A DNA stretch of 63,868 nucleotides, the filler included, from an uncultured Planctomycetales bacterium (GTDB lineage Bacteria > Omnitrophota > Gorgyraeia > Gygaellales > Profunditerraquicolaceae): NCBI GenBank assembly GCA_964487475.1. It is 4 parts of 4 records of this genome, joined end to end, with 100 filler letters (N's around TTAATTAATTAA, not from the genome) between each part and the next. Parts side by side here need not be neighbours in the genome. Positions count along the whole stretch, not along the records: positions 41,237 to 60,116 come from CAZAPM010000021.1; 3 more parts are not named here. One strand, written 5' to 3'. This document shows, piece after piece, positions 47,549 through 57,445 of the stretch; the stretch's first letter is position 1; every line of letters begins with the position of its first letter. The notes beneath the pieces are model-generated. The model was given only the letters and a program-made list of their open reading frames with translations. It searched no databases and was not told the DNA's origin. A program made the position numbers and the translations under genes.

Positions 47549-47780
47549 AGGGACGCTCCGCAGAAAGCGGAACACCGGCCACTACCTTGTAGGCCGGGTG
47601 CTCCTAGGGACGCCCCCAGGAGGGACGCTCCTAAGGGGGACACCCCTCTATTCATTTTGATCCATTATTTGAAGAAATCAATCATAATTATCTGTCCCCT
47701 TCAAGAATAGAATCCTCTATTAATTCAATTTCGCATAAGGGGTGTCCCCATCAGGAGCGTCCCCTTTAGGGGCGTCCCTA
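47548..47780. repeat. Family B double hairpin plus an inverted pair of family A units around an AT-rich spacer
   Basis: B at 47556-47601; A at 47605-47647 (+) and 47738-47780 (-). Confidence 0.85.
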
Positions 47781-47824
47781 AAAGTAGTGACCGGGGTGGG
47801 GATTTGTGGTATAAATAGAGAACT

Positions 47825-50389
47825 ATGGAAACCGCCACCCCGATGCTCAAACAGTACCAGGAGATCAAATCCCAACACCCGGGATGCATCCTCTTTTTCC
47901 GCCTGGGCGACTTCTATGAGATGTTCGGGGAAGACGCCCGCATCGCCAGCGGCATCCTGGACCTGGTCCTTACCTCCCGCGACGCAGGAAAATCCGGCCG
48001 CGTGCCTATGTGCGGCCTCCCTTACCACGCCGCCGAAGGCTACATCGCCAAACTCATCAAAGCCGGCCGCAAAGTCGCCATCTGCGAGCAGCTCGAGGAC
48101 CCGGCGTTAGCCAAAGGCATCGTCAAACGCGACGTCATCCGCATCATCACCTCCGGGACCTACATCGACGACGCCACCTTCGAGTCGCGCACCATCATCA
48201 GCCTCTTCCGCGCCGACGCCTCCTGGGGACTGGCCTTTACCGACACTTCCAGCGGCATCATCCAGGCCAACGAATACCCCTCCCCCGAAGCACTGACGGA
48301 AGCGCTCTCCCGCATCCAGCCCTTCGAGATCGTCTTCCCCCAGTCGCAGGAACAGGAGATCAAAGAACTCTTTGCCAGACCGCTTCTACGCACGAAACAC
48401 GCCGCGTTAAGCAGCTTCGACGACTGGTGCTTCAACACCGACATGGCCCAGAAATCCCTCTGCGAGCACTTCCACACCCATAACCTCAAAGGGTTCGGGC
48501 TGGAGGACAAACCTGCGGCGGTCGCCGCCAGCGGCGCGCTCCTGGAATACCTCACCCGCATGCACAAGCAGCCCCTGCGCCATTTACACAAAATCTCCCT
48601 GTTTTCCGACGATCAATTCGTCTACGTCTCCCCGGCAGCGGTCTTCGGCCTGGACCTTCCCGGATTGCTTTCATCCATCGACCACACCCTGACCTCGCTG
48701 GGAAAACGCCTGCTTAAAGACTGGATCTGGCGTCCGCTGCAAGCCCTCGCCCCGATCAAAGCACGACAGGAAGCGATCGAGGCGCTTCGCGCGCACACCC
48801 CGGTCCGGGAGCAGCTGCAGGAACTCCTGCGAAACATCCCCGACATCGAAAAATGCATCTCGCGCATCTCCTGCGGCATTGGCAGCCCCCGGGACCTTCT
48901 GGCCCTGCGCAACACCCTGCTCAAGCAACCGGACATATCACGCGCCCTGGCCGCGCTCTCATCCGCGCATCCGCTGCTTACTTTAACCGACGTTTTGGAG
49001 ATCCGCACCCTGCTGGAAAGATCCGTCAGCCCCTCCATCCCCCTCGCGCACCCCGAAGGCCATGTCATCAACCAGGGCTTCCACGCCGAGCTGGATTCAT
49101 TACGGGACATCCGGGAGAACGGCAGGCAGTGGCTGAAAAAATTCCAGGAGCGGGAGATCTCCCGCAGCGGCATCAGCTCCCTCAAGGTAGGCTTCAACCA
49201 GGTCTTCGGCTACTACATCGAGATCAGCAAAGCCAATCTGGAAAAAACGCCGGCAGACTATATCCGCCGCCAGACCCTGGCCAACGGGGAGCGCTACATC
49301 ACCGCGGAGCTAAAGGAATACGAAGATAAGATACTCAACGCCGAAGGCGAGATCCTGCGCATCGAAAAGGAGCTCATCGCCGGGCTTTTCCAAAAGATAC
49401 TCGACGCCTCGGAAGCGCTGCACGCCTTTTGCGCGGAATTGGCCCGGCTCGACGTCCTGCAATCCCTCGCCCAGCTTTCCCTGCGGCCCGGCTACATCCT
49501 TCCGGCGTTGACCGAGACCACCGAACTTTGCATCAAGGACGGCCGGCACCCGGTCGTGGAAAAACTGCTCGCCGAGCCTTTCATCCCCAACGATACGCTC
49601 CTTGACAGCACGGAAAACCATCTGGTGATCTTGACCGGCCCCAACATGGCGGGAAAATCCACCTACATCCGGCAGACCGCGCTGCTGACACTCCTGGCGC
49701 AAACCGGCAGCTTTATCCCGGCAGCCTCCGCCTCGATCGGCCTGGTGGATAAGGTCTTCACCCGCATCGGCGCGCACGACGAGATCACCAAAGGCCAGAG
49801 CACCTTTATGGTGGAGATGAGCGAGACCGCGGGGATCCTCAACAACGCCACCTCCCGCAGCCTGGTGGTGCTCGATGAGATCGGCCGGGGCACCTCCACC
49901 TTCGACGGACTTTCCCTGGCCTGGGCTATCTCGGAGTTCCTCGCGGGAAAGAGGATCCGCACCCTTTTTGCCACCCATTTCCACGAGCTGACCGCGCTGG
50001 CCGAAGAGCATCCCGGCGTGAAGAATTACAACGTCTCGGTCAAGGAGTGGAACGACCAGGTCATCTTCCTGCATAAGATCATCCCCGGGGGCACGGACGA
50101 CAGCTACGGCATTTACGTGGCCAAACTGGCGGGGATCCCCCAGGAAGTGGTGCGGCATGCGGAGAAGATACTCACGCGCCTGGAGCTTAACAACAACCTC
50201 CAGGAACGCATCCGAAGCCGCGTCACCACCCAGGAACAGCTCTCGCTTTTTAACTCCGGCGCGGACCCGGCCGCCGAAGCGCTCAAGAAAGAGATCCAGG
50301 AGCTCGACGTCGACGGCCTCTCCCCCCGGGAAGCGCTCACTAAGCTTCAGGAACTGAAAGAAAAGCTCAACTCCCATGAACGAAATTAA
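47825..50389 (+). CDS. mutS: DNA mismatch repair protein MutS
   Basis: TPM..QY, GDFYEMF, GPNMAGKST, STFMVEM, DEIGRGTST, ATHFHEL. Confidence 0.98.
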   Translation: METATPMLKQYQEIKSQHPGCILFFRLGDFYEMFGEDARIASGILDLVLTSRDAGKSGRVPMCGLPYHAAEGYIAKLIKAGRKVAICEQLEDPALAKGIVKRDVIRIITSGTYIDDATFESRTIISLFRADASWGLAFTDTSSGIIQANEYPSPEALTEALSRIQPFEIVFPQSQEQEIKELFARPLLRTKHAALSSFDDWCFNTDMAQKSLCEHFHTHNLKGFGLEDKPAAVAASGALLEYLTRMHKQPLRHLHKISLFSDDQFVYVSPAAVFGLDLPGLLSSIDHTLTSLGKRLLKDWIWRPLQALAPIKARQEAIEALRAHTPVREQLQELLRNIPDIEKCISRISCGIGSPRDLLALRNTLLKQPDISRALAALSSAHPLLTLTDVLEIRTLLERSVSPSIPLAHPEGHVINQGFHAELDSLRDIRENGRQWLKKFQEREISRSGISSLKVGFNQVFGYYIEISKANLEKTPADYIRRQTLANGERYITAELKEYEDKILNAEGEILRIEKELIAGLFQKILDASEALHAFCAELARLDVLQSLAQLSLRPGYILPALTETTELCIKDGRHPVVEKLLAEPFIPNDTLLDSTENHLVILTGPNMAGKSTYIRQTALLTLLAQTGSFIPAASASIGLVDKVFTRIGAHDEITKGQSTFMVEMSETAGILNNATSRSLVVLDEIGRGTSTFDGLSLAWAISEFLAGKRIRTLFATHFHELTALAEEHPGVKNYNVSVKEWNDQVIFLHKIIPGGTDDSYGIYVAKLAGIPQEVVRHAEKILTRLELNNNLQERIRSRVTTQEQLSLFNSGADPAAEALKKEIQELDVDGLSPREALTKLQELKEKLNSHERN

Positions 50390-52094
50390 GGTCCTGCCTC
50401 CCGAGCTCGTATCCAAGATCGCCGCCGGGGAAGTGATCGAACGGCCGGCCTCGGTGATCAAGGAACTGGTGGAAAACTCCCTCGATGCCGGCGCGCTTTC
50501 CGTCGAGGCGGAGATCAGGGACTCCGGAAAGACCTACCTCAGGGTCAAAGATGACGGCTGCGGGATCCCGGAACAAGGACTGGCCGCGTTAGGCCGCCGC
50601 CATGCCACCAGCAAGATCAGCACCTCCGAGGACCTTTCCCACATCAGCTCCTTGGGATTCCGCGGCGAGGCCCTTTACAGCATCACCGCGGTTTCCGACG
50701 TGATCATCCGCAGCAATACCGCCTCCCAGGAGTGCGGATGGGAACTGCACATGCGCGAGGGAAAACACCTCTCCCGCAAACCATTCCCCATGGGAATCGG
50801 CACGGAGATCGAGGTCCGGGAACTTTTCTTCAACACCCCGGCCCGCAGGAAATTCCTGAAAGCTCACGCCGCGGAAACATCCGCCTGCCTGGACACGTTC
50901 CTTCCCTATGCCCTGCTGCATGCGGACAAGCGTTTCACGTTCATCAATGACGGACGCGTCATGCTCTCGGCGGATACCGGCCAGACCCAGAAAGCCCGTA
51001 TCGCCCGCGCCCTCGCCCTCGAAGAACAACACCTGATCGAAGAGCAGTGGGAATCCCGGGAGCACAGGCTGGGACTGCACTTCGTGCTGGGGGATATCAA
51101 CATCACGCGCACCAGAAAGGACCTGCAGTTCATCTTCGTCAACGGACGGCCCGTCTTCAGCAAGACCATCAGTTTTCACTTGAATGACATCTACCGACTG
51201 CTCCTCGAGCCCGGGGTGTTCCCTTTCTTCTTCATCAACGTGCAGATGGACCCGGACGAGATCGACGTCAACGTGCACCCGGCCAAACGGGAGATAAAGA
51301 TCCGGGATGAATCCGCCCTGGTCACTTTTTTGCGCCGCATCGCAGAGCGGCTCCTGATGACCCGAAGCCAGGCCAAACAAGCCTCGCAGGCGATATTCAC
51401 GGCTCCGGCCCAGGAGGAGCACTCCGCAGCAGCCACACCCTCCCTGCAGCCGGCGCATCCCGCACCAGGCTTTACCGCAGAGAAAGAGACTTCCTTCTCC
51501 TTTCCCTACGCCCAGCCCGCGGAAAAAGGGGACCTGCGCGCCAAACTCAACCAGGCGCGGTTCATCGGCGCACTGCTGCGTTCCTTTCTCCTCTTCGAAA
51601 CACCCGGGTCCATGCTGCTGATCGATCAGCATGCGGCCCAGGAAAGGATCAATTTCGAGAAGCTCTCCCGGCAGTTCGCGCGCTCCAAGGTAGAGGTCCA
51701 GCCGCTGCTTACCCCCTATCTGGTGCGCCTCAACCCGCAGGAACTCCTCGCCTGGGAATCCCAGAAGGAGCGCATCGAAACACTGGGATTCTCCTGCTCC
51801 CTCTTCGATCAAACCACGCTGGCCATCCACAGCCACCCGCACCTGATCACCAAGCCGGAACAGAGCATGCGCAACCTCCTCGCCGGAGAACCTCTGCAGA
51901 AACTCGATCCCGAGACATTGGCGCGCATGGCATGCCGCTCTTCGGTCATGGCCGGAGACTTCATGGGAAGCGAACAGGCGGAGAATCAAAGGAAGGAATT
52001 ACTGGCGTGCGAAGCGCCCTTTACCTGCCCTCACGGCAGGCCTACCGTCATCGAGATCCCGGAAACGGCGATCCGGTCGCAGTTCCTGCGTTGA
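50376..52094 (+). CDS. mutL: DNA mismatch repair endonuclease MutL
   Basis: IAAGEVIERP, ENSLDA, GFRGEAL, DVNVHP.K, DQHAAQERINFE, CPHGRP. Confidence 0.97.
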   Translation: MNEIKVLPPELVSKIAAGEVIERPASVIKELVENSLDAGALSVEAEIRDSGKTYLRVKDDGCGIPEQGLAALGRRHATSKISTSEDLSHISSLGFRGEALYSITAVSDVIIRSNTASQECGWELHMREGKHLSRKPFPMGIGTEIEVRELFFNTPARRKFLKAHAAETSACLDTFLPYALLHADKRFTFINDGRVMLSADTGQTQKARIARALALEEQHLIEEQWESREHRLGLHFVLGDINITRTRKDLQFIFVNGRPVFSKTISFHLNDIYRLLLEPGVFPFFFINVQMDPDEIDVNVHPAKREIKIRDESALVTFLRRIAERLLMTRSQAKQASQAIFTAPAQEEHSAAATPSLQPAHPAPGFTAEKETSFSFPYAQPAEKGDLRAKLNQARFIGALLRSFLLFETPGSMLLIDQHAAQERINFEKLSRQFARSKVEVQPLLTPYLVRLNPQELLAWESQKERIETLGFSCSLFDQTTLAIHSHPHLITKPEQSMRNLLAGEPLQKLDPETLARMACRSSVMAGDFMGSEQAENQRKELLACEAPFTCPHGRPTVIEIPETAIRSQFLR

Positions 52095-53079
52095 ACCGCC
52101 GCAGGAATTTCGATTCTTCCGCAGAAGGTCCCCTGCGACGGTTATCCCGGGCAAACTCATTACGCTTGAAATAAAAGAAATCCGCAAGATCGTTATCCAA
52201 CACCTGCAGGATCACGATATCCGGCTCGGTAAATCTTGCCCTTTCCGAAAAAAGCTCGGCCTCATCGGAAATGGTATACCCGCTCTTACCGGCGTTGATC
52301 CACTCCCACTGCGGCTCAAGCCGCGTCAGCACTTCCGGGAACGTCTCCTCGACCGGCACATACGGACCAAAAGTGAACGAATCTCCCAGCACCAGTATCC
52401 GCTGCTTGCGCTTGGGGAACGTTACTTCAAAAGTATTGCGAAAACCCTGTCCGTTGGTGTTAATGATGAACGGAAGCTCGTCTCGGCGATAATCGAAATA
52501 CCCCTCATCGTTCGGAAGATGGTCGCCCATCACGCGCGGCCGAGGCGGGGATAAGGACACGGCGCTTCTGTAGATCTCATCCCGCAGCGATTCCGCCAAA
52601 AACCGAGCCACCACCCGGTGCCCGAACGGAGACAGATGTCCATCCTTGGGCAGCAATGTCACTTGTCGAGGATCATACTTGAGGAACTCATCGGTGATAT
52701 CAAGGAAAGCGATATGGTACTTATGGCAGAGGGAGCGAATAAAATCCCGGGTCGGTTCCCAGCGCCACTGCGTTCGCATATAGTCCTCGGAGGGGATGAA
52801 TAAGACCTTCAGCCTGGCCCCGGAATCCGCACAAGCTCTTACCAGCGCGGCGAAATACCGCTCATACTGCTCCTGGAAGTCCGAGAGAAGAGGGGCGCCC
52901 TCTGGAGAATACAATGCCGGAAAGATATCCTCAAACCAGTACTGCTGCTTTATCCGCGCCACTTCCCGGTCGAGCCTGGCTTTGAGGAAAACTCCATACA
53001 GTGGCTGCCAGCACGCCACCGCAAGGACAAGGGTCGCGAATGCCACCCCCAGAGGAAACAACCATTGCCGTGCGCGCAC
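52048..53079 (-). CDS. Membrane-anchored SGNH/GDSL-like protein with unusual motif order
   Basis: TM, DGHLS..GH then GDSFTFG, NAG.SG, DND; start uncertain. Confidence 0.7.
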   Translation of the reverse strand: MRARQWLFPLGVAFATLVLAVACWQPLYGVFLKARLDREVARIKQQYWFEDIFPALYSPEGAPLLSDFQEQYERYFAALVRACADSGARLKVLFIPSEDYMRTQWRWEPTRDFIRSLCHKYHIAFLDITDEFLKYDPRQVTLLPKDGHLSPFGHRVVARFLAESLRDEIYRSAVSLSPPRPRVMGDHLPNDEGYFDYRRDELPFIINTNGQGFRNTFEVTFPKRKQRILVLGDSFTFGPYVPVEETFPEVLTRLEPQWEWINAGKSGYTISDEAELFSERARFTEPDIVILQVLDNDLADFFYFKRNEFARDNRRRGPSAEESKFLRRFNAGTATGSPFPGSR

Positions 53080-53092
53080 CCGCCTACGGGAA

Positions 53093-55051
53093 TCACCAGC
53101 CTCCGCCGCCACCGCCCCCTCCTCCGCCGCCTGACGATCCGCCGCCCCCGCTGCCTGAGCTCGATCCGGGTGCATGCGCAGAGGATGAGATCGCGCTGGA
53201 AAAAGAGTTCCCGATGGATGAAAAACCGCCGGCTAAGCCTGCGGTGGTCAGATGGCCGGAGTACCAATCCGGACGGTATTCCTTGCCCTGCGCCTGCGCC
53301 GCTGCCAGCACCTGCGTGAAACGGTCGCACCACTGCTGCTCCACGTCGAGCGCAAAGGCATACGGCAGATACCGCTCGAAAAGCTCCGGGGTCTCCTCAG
53401 GGGGATTGAGCAGATTGAGCCGGTCCTTCTCCGCCGCTGCCAGATACATGCGGAAACCCTCCAGCGCATCCATCTGCATCCTGCCCAGATGGGTCGGCGC
53501 CTTAAGCAGATGATAGAACAGGAAATTGATCCCCACGATCAACGCCAGGAAGGGAATGAACGCCGCGCCGATCATCTTTGATACGATCACCACCACCACG
53601 ATCTCGGCGGCAAAGAAAGGCAGGCTGAAGAATACCAGGAACACCGCCAATCCCCGTTCCGCGATGGAGACCGACGCGCCACCCCGCAGCACCCGCTGCC
53701 ACTGGGAAAAAAGATTGGAAGCCAATGCCCCGACCCCGAAACTCCAGATGGTCAGCCACACGCACAGGAACACCACTACCGCCGACATAGCCCCCGCCAT
53801 GCTGACAATGGTCGCCAACAGACCGGCCAGGGAGATCGCCGCTCCGGAGACAAAATACCCGGTATTGGCAAAGAAATAGTTCTTCTCGTACGCCGCCTCC
53901 AGGGTCTTGCGCACCTTGGTCAGCGCCCAGCCGATGACCTGATGGTTGTGGTTCTTTAACTCCAGGCTCTGTCCGTGCCGGAAGAGCTCCGCCATGGCCT
54001 CCTGTTCCTCCGCGGAAAGCGCAGTACCTCCTGCCGGACGTTTCTCCAGGGTGTACACGCGATTCTCCTCGACGATCCGCACCTGTTTCTTGACCGCCAG
54101 ATTGATCACGGCCGAAGAAAACACCTTCTTGTCGAATCCCATCTGCATCAGGAAACGGGCAGCCGCAGGGGATACGTCCTTCGGAGGGGAAAAAAGCGGG
54201 ATGATGGTGCCTTTCTGCGGATCGCGGCCGAAAAACGACCAGACTGCCAGATAATATACCAGCACTACCAGGACGGTCGCGCCGCCGGCGATCGGGCCCC
54301 GGAAGTCCTGCAGCATATACCGCATCCGTTGCGCCGGGGTCGGCTCCTGCACATATCCCTTGGGCCAGGAAACCGCCACAGTCAGGCCCTCCTGAGGATT
54401 CAGCGGCCTGGTCGACTCAAACCGTATGCGGCCCAGAGAATCCTCGGTCACGGTATAATCCCCGCCGCGCTCCCCCTGTCGGCCGGTGTATCCAACGCGA
54501 GAGATCACCATCCCCGGACGGGGTAAAGGCAGCACGATCTCTACCGAGGCCCTGCGGATGGGGAACGCCCAGCCGTTGCCGGTCACGTTCCAGTACAATT
54601 CATCGAAATCCTTAAAAAACCCGACCTGCCGGGTGGTCTCGTACTCGATCATATACTCGTGATCGCCCGGAGGCAGTTCCGCGTCCTTATCGCCTATGTA
54701 CACGCGCCTGCCGTTCACCTGGGACGCCAGATGGAAAGGCTCCTGCCGGCCGTTCCTGAACACGCGTTTCACGGAGAAACCGACGTCATAGGTCCGGCCG
54801 TAGCGGTCGCGGTACTGCGTGGGAAAATCACGGTATATGCCGTGGCGGATCTGATCGCCGGAGCTTTGCACCCGGATGGTCTCGGTCACCTCCAGCACTC
54901 CGTCCTCGCGTACTTCCACGGTACTGTCGAATGAGGAGATATATTCCCTGGGCTCCGACCAAAAAGGGGCGGGCTCATACTGCGCCCAAAGCGCGCTGCA
55001 GGCGCACAACACCAAACCTGCCACGGTCAGGAATATCCGCGCCGTCTTCAT
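53093..55051 (-). CDS. DUF2207 membrane protein
   Basis: DG.L.VTE.I, HGIYRD, ELYWN..G.GW, LPYA.AL, C-terminal GGG...GGGW. Confidence 0.9.
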   Translation of the reverse strand: MKTARIFLTVAGLVLCACSALWAQYEPAPFWSEPREYISSFDSTVEVREDGVLEVTETIRVQSSGDQIRHGIYRDFPTQYRDRYGRTYDVGFSVKRVFRNGRQEPFHLASQVNGRRVYIGDKDAELPPGDHEYMIEYETTRQVGFFKDFDELYWNVTGNGWAFPIRRASVEIVLPLPRPGMVISRVGYTGRQGERGGDYTVTEDSLGRIRFESTRPLNPQEGLTVAVSWPKGYVQEPTPAQRMRYMLQDFRGPIAGGATVLVVLVYYLAVWSFFGRDPQKGTIIPLFSPPKDVSPAAARFLMQMGFDKKVFSSAVINLAVKKQVRIVEENRVYTLEKRPAGGTALSAEEQEAMAELFRHGQSLELKNHNHQVIGWALTKVRKTLEAAYEKNYFFANTGYFVSGAAISLAGLLATIVSMAGAMSAVVVFLCVWLTIWSFGVGALASNLFSQWQRVLRGGASVSIAERGLAVFLVFFSLPFFAAEIVVVVIVSKMIGAAFIPFLALIVGINFLFYHLLKAPTHLGRMQMDALEGFRMYLAAAEKDRLNLLNPPEETPELFERYLPYAFALDVEQQWCDRFTQVLAAAQAQGKEYRPDWYSGHLTTAGLAGGFSSIGNSFSSAISSSAHAPGSSSGSGGGGSSGGGGGGGGGGGW

Positions 55052-55056
55052 CGGCC

Positions 55057-55602
55057 TTAGAATTTCACATCCGGAGCTTTGCGCTCCGTGGCGTACTCGA
55101 TCTCGAAGAAAGATGCCGGACGGAACCCCCATATCCCGGCCAGCAGATTGGCGGGAAAGGATTCGACGGCAGTATTATAATTGCGCACGGTGCCGTTATA
55201 ATAACGGCGGGCAAGCTGCAGCTGATCTTCGATCTCGACTAAGGTCTGCTGCACGTGCAGGAACTGCTGATTGGCCTTAAGGTCGGGGTAATTCTCCGCC
55301 AGGGCGAAAAGGCTGCGCAGCCCCAACGAAAGGCTGTTCTCGAGTTTCTGGGTATCCTGCAGCCGGCCTCCCACGTCAAGTTCGGCGCGGATGGTTGCGA
55401 TGCTCTCGAAGACCTCCTGCTCGTATTTCATGTACCCCTTGGTCACCTCCACGATGTTGGGGATGAGGTCATGCCGGCGTTTAAGCTGTACCTCAACCCC
55501 GCTGGAGGCCTCACGGATCAAATAACGCAATTTGATGAACCGGTTATACGCGGTGACAGTTACGACCGCCACAACCGCAACAGCGACAATAAATGCCCAC
55601 AT
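55057..55602 (-). CDS. lemA: LemA family protein
   Basis: QLKRR.DLIPN, ENYPDLKAN, ARRYYN, FP. Confidence 0.94.
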   Translation of the reverse strand: MWAFIVAVAVVAVVTVTAYNRFIKLRYLIREASSGVEVQLKRRHDLIPNIVEVTKGYMKYEQEVFESIATIRAELDVGGRLQDTQKLENSLSLGLRSLFALAENYPDLKANQQFLHVQQTLVEIEDQLQLARRYYNGTVRNYNTAVESFPANLLAGIWGFRPASFFEIEYATERKAPDVKF

Positions 55603-55676
55603 GCCCTGCTCCTTTCGCACGAAAGAATGGTAACACCTCAAGAAAGCCTATCGCTACCTATTCTACCATGTTATAA

Positions 55677-55720
55677 GAAAAAAAACAGGGGCGCTTCCTG
55701 TTACGGAAACGCCCCTGTTG
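55677..55720 (-). terminator. Intrinsic terminator of the cold-shock gene
   Basis: Minus strand CAGGGGCGTTTCC..GGAAGCGCCCCTG followed by T8. Confidence 0.85.
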
Positions 55721-55734
55721 TATCAGCCGAACTA

Positions 55735-55935
55735 TTAAAGCTTCACCACGTTGACGGCCTGTTCTCCTTTGGGACCCTTGGTGATCTCAAACTCGACCTC
55801 CTGGCCCTCCTCGAGAGATTTGTAGCCCTCACCCTGGATTCCGGTGTGATGTACAAATACATCGCTTCCAGACTCAGGAGTGATGAAACCATAACCCTTC
55901 TGATTGCTGAACCACTTCACTTTACCTCTTGCCAT
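55735..55935 (-). CDS. Cold-shock protein (CspA family)
   Basis: GKVKWF, KGYGFI (RNP1), DVFVH (RNP2); AGGAGG SD. Confidence 0.96.
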   Translation of the reverse strand: MARGKVKWFSNQKGYGFITPESGSDVFVHHTGIQGEGYKSLEEGQEVEFEITKGPKGEQAVNVVKL

Positions 55936-56051
55936 TATTTACTACCTCCTTTCCTTCAACATTATAGTAAATAACGGCAGACCTACAAAAAAACCGGAAG
56001 GAGAATACATCCTTCCGGCCTGTACTTCTCACCTTATTTACTACGGAAATG

Positions 56052-56080
56052 AGTATACACATTGTTGCAAAGCTTGTCAA
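56052..56080 (-). promoter_or_regulatory. Sigma70-type promoter giving a ~110-nt csp 5' leader
   Basis: TTGACA-N17-TATACT. Confidence 0.8.
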
Positions 56081-56083
56081 CAA

Positions 56084-57445
56084 TTATTTTAGGGACCCTG
56101 TCCCTAACGACCGGATGCTCTTAACCCGCTGCAGCAGCGAACCTTTAGGGGTCCCCTCCCCGAGGGAAAGATCGGAAACCACCACCCGGTGCAGCGCCCG
56201 GAAGCGAGTGCCCCCGGCGGTCTTTTCCCGGTACCCCGAAGTAGCATGGATGCAGTAATGCCTGCCGTCGACCTCACCCAGGTAAAGCATGATGTGTCCG
56301 TTCAGATGCACTATCGTATCTCCAGGCAGCGCACCACTTAGCTGCGCCAATGCCTCTCCCGCCTTCCCCTGCTCGGAAGAATTACGCGGCAGCCGCACCC
56401 CCACGCTGCCATACACCTGCTGCAGAAAACTCGAACAATCCTGCGCTCCGTGCATCCCTCCCCACCCATACGGCGCATCCAGCAGCTTGAACGCCTGCTG
56501 CAGCACTACCCGGGGAGTGAAGGGCAGAAACCCCTCGCTCCCCTCCTCTGACGCCGCATACACCCGCAGCGGCTCGAAATCGCCTTCCGGAGTCCGGTAA
56601 GGGATGAGCACCTCCCGCGCCCCCGCCACCGCCTTCCTGCCCAGGGGAAGCACCGTCCCCATGCGCACCACGCCGGCAAGCCTGGTCAACTTCGCATCCA
56701 GATACAACGCCACCCGCGGCGAGACCGCCACCCAGAAGAAAGGATCGGTGCAATAGCTGGCATACTCCTGCGCCGAGCAAAACGCCACCGCGTCCTTCCT
56801 CACCCACCCCGAACTGTCCTGCGCCTGCGCCCACACCCACTTCTTATCCCGGCTCTCATGCAGGACGACCAGCGGAGTGCCGATATCCAGGGAACTGTTC
56901 TGCACTTCGTCGAACTCGAGGTCGAAGGGTTTTTCCGTCAGCACATCCTCCGTCGGGATGATACGCTGGTCAGCCATGCGGCTTACCAGGGCATACCGGG
57001 TTTCCACGGTATCCTTGACCGCGCCCGGGTCCGCTACAAGAAGCAGCGCATCGTAATACGCCTGCCGGACCACCCTGGCCTTCGCATCGTACAAGGTACG
57101 GGAGGACAATCCCCTGAACCCCTCCCGGATCGATCCTCTGACCTCGCCTCCGGGAACTGCCGCGGGAAAATGCTTCACCTGGCGGGTCAGCTTGCGCTCG
57201 AACATGATCCTGGCATTCAGCGTCTCTATCCCTGCGGCATCGAGCACGAGCGTATCAGGTGCGTCCAGCCGGCTGATCCAGAACGCCGCCGAGCGCATCT
57301 GCTCCGTTGTATGCGGAAGCATTGCCGGAGCGGAATATTTGATCAGTTCCTGCCGTCCGCGCTCTCCGGAACATCCCGCAACCCACACCGCCAGGAGCAT
57401 CCCCGCCGCAACCCGCACCGCACGCGTACCCCTGCGCATCGTCAT
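56084..57445 (-). CDS. SH3 + NlpC/P60 lipoprotein, YkfC-like gamma-D-Glu peptidase
   Basis: Lipobox VAGC, GWV SH3 motif, PYGWGG....DCS, LPRNS..Q, GHIMLY. Confidence 0.88.
   Translation of the reverse strand: MTMRRGTRAVRVAAGMLLAVWVAGCSGERGRQELIKYSAPAMLPHTTEQMRSAAFWISRLDAPDTLVLDAAGIETLNARIMFERKLTRQVKHFPAAVPGGEVRGSIREGFRGLSSRTLYDAKARVVRQAYYDALLLVADPGAVKDTVETRYALVSRMADQRIIPTEDVLTEKPFDLEFDEVQNSSLDIGTPLVVLHESRDKKWVWAQAQDSSGWVRKDAVAFCSAQEYASYCTDPFFWVAVSPRVALYLDAKLTRLAGVVRMGTVLPLGRKAVAGAREVLIPYRTPEGDFEPLRVYAASEEGSEGFLPFTPRVVLQQAFKLLDAPYGWGGMHGAQDCSSFLQQVYGSVGVRLPRNSSEQGKAGEALAQLSGALPGDTIVHLNGHIMLYLGEVDGRHYCIHATSGYREKTAGGTRFRALHRVVVSDLSLGEGTPKGSLLQRVKSIRSLGTGSLK

Noticed and set aside
53093..53200. 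Gly/Ser low-complexity repeat
   Set aside because: Normal conserved C-terminus of DUF2207 proteins
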